Shown: positions 50,001-58,470 of the stretch, piece by piece
How positions within the stretch are numbered: the stretch's first letter is position 1
How the letters are laid out: every line of letters begins with the position of its first letter
Assembly: GCF_963921235.1 (NCBI RefSeq)
Contig: NC_086107.1
Location: 97,528,001 to 97,592,000 of the forward strand
DNA from: Mobula hypostoma
Lineage: Eukaryota
DNA: 64,000 nt
Direction: 5' to 3'
Program-made: the position numbers and the translations under genes
The notes under the pieces: model-generated
The model's database searches: none
Told to the model about the DNA's origin: nothing
What the model saw: only the letters and a program-made list of their open reading frames with translations

Positions 50001-53000
50001 CCTTTTTACATATCTATAAAAGCTTTTACAGTCCGTTTTTATGTTCTCTGCCAGTTTTCTCTCATAATCTTTTTTCCCCTTCCTAATTAAGCCCTTTGTC
50101 CTCCTCTGCTGAACTCTGAATTTCTCCCAGTCCTCAGGTGAGCCACTTTCTCTGGCTAATTTGTATGCTACTTCTTTGGAATTGATACTATCCCTAATTT
50201 CTCTTGTCAGCCACGGGTGCACTACCTTCCTTGATTTATTCTTTTGCCAAACTGGGATGAACAATTGTTGTAGTTCATCCATGCAACCTTTAAATGCCTG
50301 CCATTGCATATCCACCGTCAATCCTTGAAGTGTCATTTGCCAGTCTATCTTAGCTAATTCATGTCTCATACCTTCAAAGTTACCCCTCTTTAAGTTCAGA
50401 ACCTTTGTTTCTGAATTAACTACGTCACTCTCCATGTTAATGAAGAATTCCACCATATTATGGTCACTCTTACCCAAGGGGCCTCTCACGACAAGATCGC
50501 TAATTAACCCTTCCTCATTGCTCAAAACCCAGTCCAGAATAGCCTGCTCTCTAGTCGGTTCCTCAACATGTTGGTTCAAAAAACCATCCCGCATACATTC
50601 CAAGAAATCCTCTTCCTCAGCACCTTTACCAATTTGGTTCACCCAGTCTACATGTAGATTGAAGTCACCCATTATAACTGCTGTTCCTTTATTGCACACA
50701 TTTCTAATTTCCTGTTTAATACCATCTCCGACCTCACTACTACTGTTAGGTGGCCTGTACACAACTCCCACCAGCGTCTTCTGCCCCTTAGTGTTACGCA
50801 GCTCTACCCATATCGATTCCACATCTTCCCGGCTTATGTCCTTCCTTTCTATTGCGTTAATCTCTTTTTTAACCAGCAACGCCACCCCACCTCCCCTTCC
50901 TTCATGTCTATCCCTCCTGAATATTGAATATCCCTGAACGTTGAGCTCCCATCCCTGGTCACCCTGGAGCCATGTCTCTGTGATCCCAACTATATCATAA
51001 TCATTAATAACAATCTGCACTTTCAATTCATCCACCTTATTACGAATGCTCCTTGCATTGACACATAAAGCCTTCAGGCGCTCTTTTACAACTCTCTTAG
51101 CCCTTTTTAATGCTTGCCCTGGATTTGTCGGCCTGCCACTTTTACTTTTCCCCTTTGTACTTTTTGCTTCTACGCTCACTTTACACCCCTCTGTCTCTCT
51201 GCACTGGTTCCCATCCCTCTGTTGTGAACTAACCTCCTCACACCTAGCCGCTTTAATTTGATTCCCACCCCCCAACCATTCTAGTTTAAAGTCACCTCAG
51301 TAGCCCCCGCTAATCTCCCTGCCAGGATATTGGTCCCCCTAGGATTTAAGTGTAACCCGTCCTTTTTGTACAGGTCACACCTACGCCAAAAGAGGTCCCA
51401 ATGATCCAAAAACTTGAATCCCTGCCCCCTGCTCCAATCCCTCAGCCACGCATTTATCCTCCACCTCATCGCATTCCTACTCTCACTGTCGCGTGGCACA
51501 GGCAGTAATCCCGAGATTACTACCTTTGCGGTCCTTTTTCTCAACTCCCTTCCTAGCTCCCTATATTCTTCTTTCAGGAAGAGGTACAGTCGAGGTTTCA
51601 GGCCGAGACCCTTCGTCAGGACTAACTGAAGGAAGAGCTAGTAAGAGATTTGAAAGTGGGAGGGGGAGGGGGAGATCCAAAATGATAGGAGAAGACAGGA
51701 GGGGGAGGGATGGAGCTAAGAGCTGGACAGGTGATTGGCAAAAGGGATATGAGAGGATACTGGGACAGGAGGCCTAGGGAGAACGACAAGGGGGAGGGGG
51801 GGAAGCCCAGAGGATGGGCAAGGGGTATAGTCAGAGGGACAGAGGGAGAAAAAGGAGAGTGAGAGAAAGAATGTGTGTATATAAATAAATAACGGATGGG
51901 GTACGAGGGGGAGGTGGGGCATTAGCAGAAGTTAGAAAAGTCAATGTTCATGCCATCAGGTTGGAGGCTACCCAGACAGAATATAAGGTGTTGTTCCTCC
52001 AACCTGAGTGTGGCTTCATCTTTACAGTAGAGGAGGCCGTGGATAGACATGTCAGAATGGGAATGGGACGTGGTTTTGGTTCTGTGTGGGTAGATAGATG
52101 CTGCCAAGCAAACTGAGCTTGTGGTTATCTACAGAAGGATAAAATTCTAACAGCCCAAGAGCAAATTGATATCCTTCCTTGTATCCTATAATAAACTATC
52201 ATGTATTATCCATCTGCCTCCCCCCACTCCCCCCAGTTAGTTGTTGTGTGATCCTGCAGCCGTGGGAAGGCCTCCTGCCCGGTGAACCTGCACAACTTGT
52301 CTTCTCTTGCACTTTGGTTGTTTGTCAGTCTTTGTCTGTTTATTTACAGTTATTGTACAATTGTTTTGTTTTCCTTGCAGGAAAATGAATCTGAATTTAG
52401 TATATGGTAATACATACGTACTTCGATCTTTAGAAAAATACTTTAAACTTTGAATAACCTGCCTCCATTATTTCAGCAAGCTTTTCTCCCAACCATGCCT
52501 GAGTCACCCAGCTCAGGGTGGGATGGGGTAGATGTTCTGGTCCTCAGCAAAGCGCACTGTGTATAATTGGAACAAAACCCTGTCTGTTACTCTTCCAGTG
52601 CCAAAGAACAATGTGATAGATGAGAGAATCGGCCAGCTGGCTGAGGAATTCACGAGTCTGGTTTATCCTCCTGACTACAACCCCAACGCAAAGGGCCAGC
52701 AGAAGAGGAAGCTGGGTGAGTTTCCACAGAATGAATATGCCGGGCTGTAGTTTAGAACGGGAGCGCACACACAAGGAAGACCCCTGACAACTGACAGAAG
52801 TGCCTCTCGCTATCTGAGCACTGCCAGACCGTTAGCTGCTCTTACAACATGGGAACTGTGATGGCCAATCGGTGCACAGCAGGATCCCACCAGCACCAGG
52901 TACTGACCAGTGATATCAGCTGAGGATGGATATTGGCCCACAGCCCTGCTTCTCTTCAGATGCTTTGGGATCATCTGACGGAAGAATTAGGGTGTTGGCT

Positions 53001-55283
53001 AATTGTCACATCTGACAGATGAGGGACCCGGGGGATAACTTTTCTCACAGAGGATGGTGAGTATACGGAATGGGACTTGCTCATGTAGGCAGTCTGGACA
53101 GCATGGATGAGATGGGCAGAAAGACCTCTCTCCAAGCTGTATAACTCTTGTGATTCTGTACATGTGAATTGGGCACAGTATTGGGTTGCAGTAGTAAAGT
53201 CAAGGGCTATGCAGTAGGGTAATTCCAGGCAGTTTCTAGAGTAGGTTACATGGTGGGCCGAGGACCTGTAATGTGCTGTAGATTTTTATGTTCCATGTTC
53301 TAGTAGGGCCGTGTGAACATATGAATTGGGCTCAGTAGCAGGCCACTCGGCCCTTCGGGCTTGCTGCGTCCTTCCGTAACCCATAGTATCACAGTGGAAG
53401 ACCAGCCAAAGGCCAACCCTGAGAGAGACGAGTCTGTGATCCTGTAACCCAGGAGGAAGCACATCATCCAAAAATGTTGAAACTATCTTGCACTCTGACC
53501 CAGTGCAGGGGGTCGTGTACCATCTCCCAGCAGCAGATTTCTCCCATCGTTTGAGTGGTGTCGGTGAGGAGGCGGTGATTTTATTCATCGCACAGCTTTC
53601 CTCCATTTCCAGTATTCAAAGTCAAAAGTCAAGTTTACTGTCATATGCACAGGCTTACATCAGCATTGCAGATACATAGAATCAGAGACACAACATTCAC
53701 AAGAAAAACATAAATTATACAAAAATTATAATGAAAGAACACAATTAGAATTGAAAAAAGAAGCAAGCCCCATTGTAGTGCAAAGTGGTTGTATATTGAG
53801 ATAGTGAATGAGGTTGTGCAGGTTGGTTCAAGAACCGAGTGGTTGAAGGGAAATAGCTGCCTTAAACTTGGTGAAATGGGACTTGAGACTTTTGTACTTC
53901 CCGCTCCGTGGTAGCTGCAAGAGAACGGAATGGCCCAGATGATGGAGATCTTTGATGATGGATGAACTTTCTTGAGGCAACACCTACAAGAAATGTTGCC
54001 TCAAGAGGGTAACATCTATCATCAAAGATGGTAGATGGAGAGGAGGGAAGTGCCCGTGATGAACTGGGCAGAATCCACTGCCCTCTGCAGTTTCTTGTGT
54101 TCCTGTGCACTTGAACTGCTGTACCAGACCATGATGCCACCAGTCAGGCTACATTCAATAACACAACTGTAGAAGTAGAAGGAATAATGAATCAGCACAG
54201 GGTCTGCGTGTGGGATGGCCGTGTTCCTAATGCCGAAAGCATGACTCAGATGCATCCACTGCAACAGGAAAATTATGATTCACTTCATTGAAGGTGGGTA
54301 AACTAGCTGAGCTGTCTACAACCAGGGGTCACAGAATCAGAACAAAAAGGTCAGCTACGTGGGGCTGAGAGGAACAGAAGTCTCCACCGGGGTGGGGGGG
54401 GTGAATATTTGGAACAGACTTCCCCCAGGTTGTGAAGGCTGGCACACTGAGTTCATGCGAAACAAAGATGGAGAGATTTCTCATGACTAAGGGAATGTTG
54501 GGCACGTGACCAAGTGGTTAAGGCATTCATCCAGTTAGCTCAAGGTCGCTAGTTTGAGCCTCAGCTGTGGCAGCGTGTTTGTGCCCTGGAGCAAGGCACT
54601 TAATCACACATTGCTCTAGTGTCTGTGTGAGGAGTGGCGCCCCACATAGACTTCCAATCTGCGCCTTGTAAGGCATGAAAATGCCCGATGCAGGTCTCTC
54701 ATGGTCTGAGTCGACATTCCCTCCCTCCCCCTCCCAAGGGAATGAAGGGAGATGGGGATTCTGCTGAGGCGAGGATGAGGTAGAAGATTAGCAAGTTCAA
54801 AAGGGGATATTCTAGTCCTGCTCCTAATCCTTATGCCACAAATCTCTGCTGGAAGGACTCTGTCGAGCGGCATCTGTGGCAGGAATGGAATTGTTGACAT
54901 CTCAGGAAGCAACACCGCATAAGGATCCGGTGCACGGTTTGTTCCTGGAACGTCGACAATTCCTTTCCCTCCACAGATGCTACTCGACCCAGTAAGTCCC
55001 TCCAGCAGATCGCTGCCCCAGACTCCAGCATCTGTGTCTTCCGACCCTCACGTTCTGTTACCTCTGTTTCCCGTGATCAGACGACTCAGCCGGCAGAGCG
55101 GAGAAGAAGGCAAAGGTGGAGGCGTCTCTGGGGGAGGACGAGATCAGGCAGCACCTGCAGAGCGGGACTCTGAGCAAGTTAACCGTGCCCGTGCTGAAGG
55201 AGGTCTGCAAACAGTACGGACTGAAGGGCAGCAAGAAGCAGGAGTTATTGGACGCCATCTCCAACTACTTCAGCAAGCACTGA
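19975..55283 (+). CDS. XRCC6: XRCC6 / Ku70 (NHEJ DNA end-binding subunit), spliced CDS join(19975..20044,20201..20313,21911..22049,25226..25480,29065..29248,30274..30460,31384..31552,34168..34329,38039..38168,47395..47495,52599..52715,55081..55283), 609 aa
   Basis: Exon translations match Ku70 motifs ([76 protein letters not shown]-terminal SAP domain). All introns are GT-AG, phases are consistent and the total of 1830 nt is open. Confidence 0.98.
20201..20313 (+). CDS. XRCC6: XRCC6 exon 3 (113 bp), vWA domain start
   Basis: ctcctttcag|...CAG|gtgaga; [37 protein letters not shown]. Confidence 0.97.
20820..21477 (-). mobile_element. hAT/Charlie transposon remnant
   Basis: hAT dimerisation-domain frame [32 protein letters not shown]; terminus cagtggtccccaacc on the minus strand. 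Confidence 0.85.
21911..22049 (+). CDS. XRCC6: XRCC6 exon 4 (139 bp)
   Basis: ctgcctgcag|...CCAG|gtaggt; [46 protein letters not shown]. Confidence 0.97.
23740..24470 (-). mobile_element. R2-superfamily (Hero-like) non-LTR retrotransposon 3' fragment
   Basis: REL-endonuclease C-terminus ([37 protein letters not shown]). Confidence 0.75.
25226..25480 (+). CDS. XRCC6: XRCC6 exon 5 (255 bp)
   Basis: cacag|...ACAG|gtgggt; [12 protein letters not shown]...[15 protein letters not shown]...ASDLRET. Confidence 0.97.
25500..26410 (-). mobile_element. Rex1/Babar LINE 3' fragment (others at about 8845-9350, 30580-31090, 32700-33060, 53780-54180, 60780-61430)
   Basis: RT frame [15 protein letters not shown]...[12 protein letters not shown] and [13 protein letters not shown]; (ctgatt)n tail. 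Confidence 0.8.
29065..29248 (+). CDS. XRCC6: XRCC6 exon 6 (184 bp)
   Basis: gtgtttag|...CCTG|gtcagc; [20 protein letters not shown]...[13 protein letters not shown]. Confidence 0.96.
30274..30460 (+). CDS. XRCC6: XRCC6 exon 7 (187 bp)
   Basis: ttttgcccag|...CAG|gtattg; [18 protein letters not shown]...[30 protein letters not shown]. Confidence 0.97.
31384..31552 (+). CDS. XRCC6: XRCC6 exon 8 (169 bp)
   Basis: aatcag|...ACAG|gtaacc; [32 protein letters not shown]...[10 protein letters not shown]. Confidence 0.97.
31524..31747 (+). repeat. 4 x 56-bp tandem repeat spanning the XRCC6 exon 8 / intron 8 junction
   Basis: Units start at 31524, 31580, 31636 and 31692. Copies 1-3 are identical; copy 4 has 2 substitutions. 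Confidence 0.97.
33147..35209 (+). repeat. Direct local duplication (33147-33699 and 34815-35209) flanking exon 9
   Basis: Colinear composite of CR1 fragment, SINE-like and unique sequence in both copies; the second copy lacks about 160 bp. Confidence 0.88.
34168..34329 (+). CDS. XRCC6: XRCC6 exon 9 (162 bp)
   Basis: ccccaacag|...TCAG|gtcggt; [53 protein letters not shown]. Confidence 0.97.
36524..37564 (-). mobile_element. Tigger/pogo-like element with a nested retro-repeat (about 36714-37177)
   Basis: TIRs cagtggattccagttaattggg / cccaattaaccagaatccactg, left TA; frame [21 protein letters not shown]. Confidence 0.8.
38039..38168 (+). CDS. XRCC6: XRCC6 exon 10 (130 bp)
   Basis: tttcttag|...ACAG|gtcagt; [20 protein letters not shown]...VVQKLRFKY. 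Confidence 0.97.
38367..39029. mobile_element. Tigger-like non-autonomous element
   Basis: TIRs caggttgagtacccctta / taaggggtacccagcctg with TA TSD on both sides. Confidence 0.85.
40835..44612 (-). pseudogene. L1 ORF2 (APE endonuclease, RT, C-terminal CCHC) with one frameshift (about 43320) and one nonsense codon (TAA 42536-42538)
   Basis: ATG at 44612 ([16 protein letters not shown]), [41 protein letters not shown]...C. Confidence 0.94.
45081..46193 (-). CDS. L1 ORF1p (coiled coil + RRM/CTD), 370 aa, open
   Basis: [53 protein letters not shown] motifs. Confidence 0.93.
   Translation of the reverse strand: MPPKLQQKKSDVAKQPREGKKKGTTATMEPQTQVGFPSVEQGAMAVVTGSSKKAPEMRMCKEERMHKSTQRKLQEPSATAIENDSESESDSAENTDEEEEEELEASGSKGDDRDIREAILQLTAERRKVREKLRDTKMCYNKVMERQDKMDKKLQKMERAMGHMNDRVEKTENDLLVWNSERNRLLDMLENFSRRNNIKIVGLKEGTEGENPIEFFQKWIPDILQMEEEVRPIETERAHRALRPKPKDDQYPRSILIKFLRFQDKERILQAAARAAKDRKGPLIIKGIKVFFYPDISYELLKRRKKFNPVKKTLWDHGYQFILRYPATLKIFLPGGEKRFFDDYQKAEQFVRDSLNIHQIQEQIQGSEID
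47395..47495 (+). CDS. XRCC6: XRCC6 exon 11 (101 bp)
   Basis: tgtctgcag|...ACAC|gtgagt; [33 protein letters not shown]. Confidence 0.97.
48276..51296 (-). CDS. CR1 ORF2 (APE endonuclease + reverse transcriptase), uninterrupted frame of about 1000 codons with no N-terminal AUG
   Basis: [56 protein letters not shown]; the first in-frame ATG is at 50672. Confidence 0.95.
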   Translation of the reverse strand, partial: GDFKLEWLGGGNQIKAARCEEVSSQQRDGNQCRETEGCKVSVEAKSTKGKSKSGRPTNPGQALKRAKRVVKERLKALCVNARSIRNKVDELKVQIVINDYDIVGITETWLQGDQGWELNVQGYSIFRRDRHEGRGGGVALLVKKEINAIERKDISREDVESIWVELRNTKGQKTLVGVVYRPPNSSSEVGDGIKQEIRNVCNKGTAVIMGDFNLHVDWVNQIGKGAEEEDFLECMRDGFLNQHVEEPTREQAILDWVLSNEEGLISDLVVRGPLGKSDHNMVEFFINMESDVVNSETKVLNLKRGNFEGMRHELAKIDWQMTLQGLTVDMQWQAFKGCMDELQQLFIPVWQKNKSRKVVHPWLTREIRDSINSKEVAYKLARESGSPEDWEKFRVQQRRTKGLIRKGKKDYERKLAENIKTDCKSFYRYVKRKRLIKTNVGPLQTETGELIMGSKDMADQLNNYFGSVFTKEDINNLPEIVRDRGSSEMEELSEIHVSREVVLGKLKGLKADKSPGPDGLHPRVLKEVAQEIVDALVIIFQNSLDSGLVPEDWRVANVTPLFKKGGREKPGNYRPVSLTSVVGKLLESVIKDVITAHLESGEMIGQSQHGFVKGKSCLTNLIEFFEDVTSRVDRGEPVDVVYLDFQKAFDKVPHRRLVCKLKAHGIGGKVLVWVENWLADRKQRVGINGTFSEWQAVTSGVPQGSVLGPQLFTIYINDLDEGIKCSISKFADDTKLGGSVSSEEDAKRMQGDLDRLGEWANSWQMQFNVDKCEVIHFGGKNRKTDYYLNGGRLGKGEVQRDLGVIIHQSLKVGMQVQQAVKKANGMLAFIARGFEYRSREVLLQLYKALVRPHLEYCVQFWSPNLRKDILAIEGVQRRFTRLIPGMAGLSCEERLDELGLYSLEFRRLRGDLIETYKILKGLDRLDAGRLFPMLGRSRTRGHSLRIEGKPFRTEVRKNFFTQRVVNLWNSLPQQTVEASSLAMFKRKLDMALVATGVTGYGGKAGF
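51281..51575 (-). CDS. CR1 ORF1 C-terminal fragment (SGNH/GDSL esterase-like), 5'-truncated
   Basis: [11 protein letters not shown]...INAWLRDW...DGLHLN (DxxH motif)...TLN*. Confidence 0.88.
52599..52715 (+). CDS. XRCC6: XRCC6 exon 12 (117 bp)
   Basis: tcttccag|...CTGG|gtgagt; [38 protein letters not shown]. Confidence 0.96.
54847..55008. mobile_element. Palindromic Penelope-derived short repeat just upstream of XRCC6 exon 13
   Basis: Arms ctgctgga..gtcgagcggcatctgtgg..ggaattgttgac / gtcgacaattcc..ccacagatgctactcgac..tccagcag; related to the terminal repeat at 48090-48180 and about 24945-25100. Confidence 0.65.
55081..55283 (+). CDS. XRCC6: XRCC6 exon 13 coding part (second NLS cluster + SAP domain, stop TGA 55281-55283)
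   Basis: gtgatcag|; [13 protein letters not shown]...[40 protein letters not shown]. Confidence 0.96.
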
Positions 55284-55497
55284 GGGCTGAGGTGCTCACC
55301 ACCCAGGCCTGTCCAAGCAGAACCCAGAAGGCTGGACAGACAAACAGTGACCCACAGATCTGTTCACCTAGGCCCCCGGCTCCACTGCTGGTTGCCGGTA
55401 GAGAGCTCTACTCCAAGAACAACTCACAGGCTATTTTTGTACGTTTTGTATTTTTCACATTTATTCTGGAGTTTGCTTTGCAAAACTACTTGTAACC

Positions 55498-55503
55498 AAT
55501 AAA
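55498..55503 (+). terminator. XRCC6: XRCC6 polyadenylation signal AATAAA
   Basis: Canonical hexamer about 215 nt after the stop, with upstream TGTA elements and a downstream T-rich tract. Confidence 0.8.
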
Positions 55504-56989
55504 ACATGTTTTGAAAGTCATTTTTTGCCCTATTTGTACATGGGTAAAGAAATCCTTGGATGGCTCACAATGAACTGGAATTAGGCACTTTACAGTCAAT
55601 ACAATGAAATTCGGCTGATTTTTGGACAGCCATGGTTCTAGTCTGGGGCATTGGTTTAATGTGTGTCTTTTGTAACTGCATATCACCATGGCCATGTGGA
55701 CCATGTACTGTTCAGGAGAGGGGTAGCAAAACCTAGCACTGTGGAAAAGAAGGTAAAGGTAATTTAACAAAGCTAAAGGTAATGATGAAGTGCTGTGTTG
55801 TGGCTTGTGTGGCTGTTTCAGCTGCTACAGTGAAAGAAGATTTTTTTTTAAACTGCAGGTGCTGGAAATCTGAAACAAACAGAAAATGCCAGAGAAACAC
55901 AGCATCTGTGGAGAGAGAGACGGGCAATATTTCAGAATCGGGTTTACTATCACTGACAGAAGTCATGAAATTTGTTGTTTTGTGGCAGCAGTACAGTGCA
56001 AGACATTAAAAGTTACTGTGTTGTTCATGGTCTGCTAACAAACCTTAGGCAGAGGGCTCCTATACCTCATCCCTATAGTAGTAATGAGAAGATATGTGGT
56101 GGGACAAGTAGTGTTGAGGAAGCAGGGGAGGACTTAGACAGATTAGGAGAATGGGCAAAAACGTGGCAGATGGAATACAGTGTCAGAAAGTATATAGTCA
56201 TGCACTTTGGTAGAAAAGGTAAGTGGAGACTACTTCCTAAACATGAAGCAAATTCTCAGAAGTCAGAGGTGCAAAGGGACTTGGAAGTCCTCGTGCAGGA
56301 TTCCCTAAAGGTTAACTTGCAGGTTGAGTCGGTGATGAGGAAGGCAGATACGATGTTAGCGTTCATTTTGAAAGGATTTAGGGTATAAAAACAAGGATGC
56401 CAAGGCTTTATAAGGCACTGGTGAGGCCTCAAGAGGCTGAGATCGAGTGGATATGGAGAGGATGTTTCCTGTAGCGGGGGAGTCTAGGACCAGAGGACAC
56501 GGCCTCAGAATAGAGGGACATCCATTTAGAATGGAGATGAGGAGGAATTTCTTCAGCCAGAGGGTGGTGAATCTATGGAATTCATTGCCACAACCGGCTG
56601 CAGAAGTATATATGGGTGTATATAAAGAAGTGGTTGATAGATTATTAATGTCAGAGCGTGAAGGGTTACAGGGAGAAGGCAGGAGAATGGGGTTGAGAGG
56701 AAATGGATCAGCCACGGTGGAATAGTGCAGCAGACTAAATGGGCCAAAAGTCCTAATTCTGCTACAGTGTTTTATGGTCTTATGATATCCTGGAGAGTTT
56801 GGGTAGTGAGGGTGTATGGCCTCAGAAATAAGAAGGGGGGATCCACTTTGAGGGAATTATTTTATAGACCTCTCATTAGCAGGGATTATGTAGGCAGATA
56901 GCAGAAGGTGTAAGAACAATAGAGTCATAGAGAGGTATAGCACAGAAGCCTTCGGCCCATCTGATCCCAGCCCATTTTTCCAGCTAGTG

Positions 56990-58012
56990 CAGATCCCTCT
57001 ACAAGCCATGATAGCCTTGCTTGCTGTCCACTACACCCCTAATCTTGGCGTCATCCACAAATTTGCTGGTCCAGTTAACCACATTATCATCCAGATCATC
57101 AATTATAGATAACAAACAACAAAGGACCCAGCACCGATCCCCCATCTGTTTTAGCTCCACATCTGGATTACCATTTTGATCTTCCAGAGGACCAACTTTG
57201 TCCCTTGCAATACCTTTGCTCTTAACATATCTGTAGAATTCCTTGGGATTCTCTTTCACCTTGTCTGCTCTGGAAACCTCATGCCTTCTTTTAGCCCTCC
57301 TGATTTCACTCAGGTGTTCTCTTGCATTTCTTATACTCCATAAGCATTTTATTTCTCCTTTGCTACCTATGCCTGATATGCACCTCCTTACTTTCCTTAA
57401 CCAGAGCCTCAATATCTCTCCGAAACCAAGGTACCCTACACTTGTTACCTTTTTACCTTTTATTCTGACAGGCACATACAAACTTTGTACATTCAAAATT
57501 TCCCTTTTGCATGCCTCCCACTTACCAAGTATGTCTTTGGCAGAAAATGATCTGTCCCAATCCACACTTGCCAGATCATTTCTGATACCATCAAAATTGG
57601 CCTTTCTCTAATTTAGAATCTCAACCCGCAGACCAGACCTATCCCTTTGCATATTTACTTTGAAACTAATGGCATTGTGGTCACTGGATGCAAAATGTTC
57701 CCATACAAAAACTTCTGTCACCCGCCCTGTCTCATTCCCTAATAGCAGATCCAGTATCACACACGCTGTCATTGGGATATCCATGTACTGATAAAGGAAA
57801 CTTTCCTGAACACATTTGACAAACTCTATCCTATCCAGTCCTTTTACAGAATGGGATTCCCCGTCAATATGTGAAAAATAAAATCGCCTACTGTAACAAC
57901 TTCATGTTTCTTGTAGCAGTCTGTGATCTCTCTACAAATTTGTTCCTCTAAGTCCCTAGGTCTGTTGGGTGATCTGTAATATAGTCCCATTATATGTGGT
58001 CATACCTTTCTT
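56990..58012 (-). mobile_element. Degenerate CR1 ORF2 fragment with internal deletion
   Basis: Frames KENPKEFYRYVKSK and SKFVDDAKI. Confidence 0.8.
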
Positions 58013-58470
58013 ATAGGTTATAATAGTGGAAGGAGGGATGGAAGAGGCTCACGAGAGAAAGGACGAGAAGGACCAGCTCTTAGTGCAGGAGTGTAAAGAC
58101 AAGGGATGGCAGGCATGGTTGTTCCCTGTGGAGTTCGGCTGCAGAGGCTTCCCAGCCAAATCAGCATGGCAGTTGTTGTCAGATCTGGGCTTGGACGAAA
58201 GGAACAAAAAACAAGCAGCTCGTAGGATGGGGGAAGAGGCAGAACGAGCCTCTTGTTGGATTTGGAGTAGGCGAGAGGAGGGGAGCTGGAAGCCAGGAGC
58301 AGATGGGCAGTGATTTGGTCACCACTGCCAGCCCACCAACTGGAGAGTGTCGTGGTTAAGGGTCGAAACACTCTGTGAAACTTGAGAACCACCTGATGAC
58401 ATCTGCTCCTGGCTGAAGGCTATGGTTACCTTATAAGGGAACTGGAGAATGCACCCTAGCAGGTGTATGT
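58013..58470 (+). mobile_element. R2-superfamily (Hero-like) 3' fragment
   Basis: MEEAHERK...GWQAWLFPVEFGCRGF...EEAERASCWIW. Confidence 0.78.

Larger units (their letters stand above)
48183..51575 (-). mobile_element. Young 5'-truncated CR1 LINE (3.39 kb) in XRCC6 intron 11, antisense
   Basis: (TTTCTATG)n tail; 7-bp TSD aggaaga (48176-48182 and 51576-51582); end of ORF1 + intact ORF2. Confidence 0.95.
48090..52075 (-). mobile_element. Penelope-like element 3' part (GIY-YIG C-terminus + terminal repeat), split by the CR1 insertion into 48090-48182 and 51576-52075
   Basis: Frame [41 protein letters not shown]; hammerhead core CTGACGA..GAAA at 51596-51619. Confidence 0.82.

Noticed and set aside
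54977..55495. 172-aa ORF overlapping exon 13 in another frame
   Set aside because: Starts within an intronic repeat; GC-rich shadow frame with no recognisable domain
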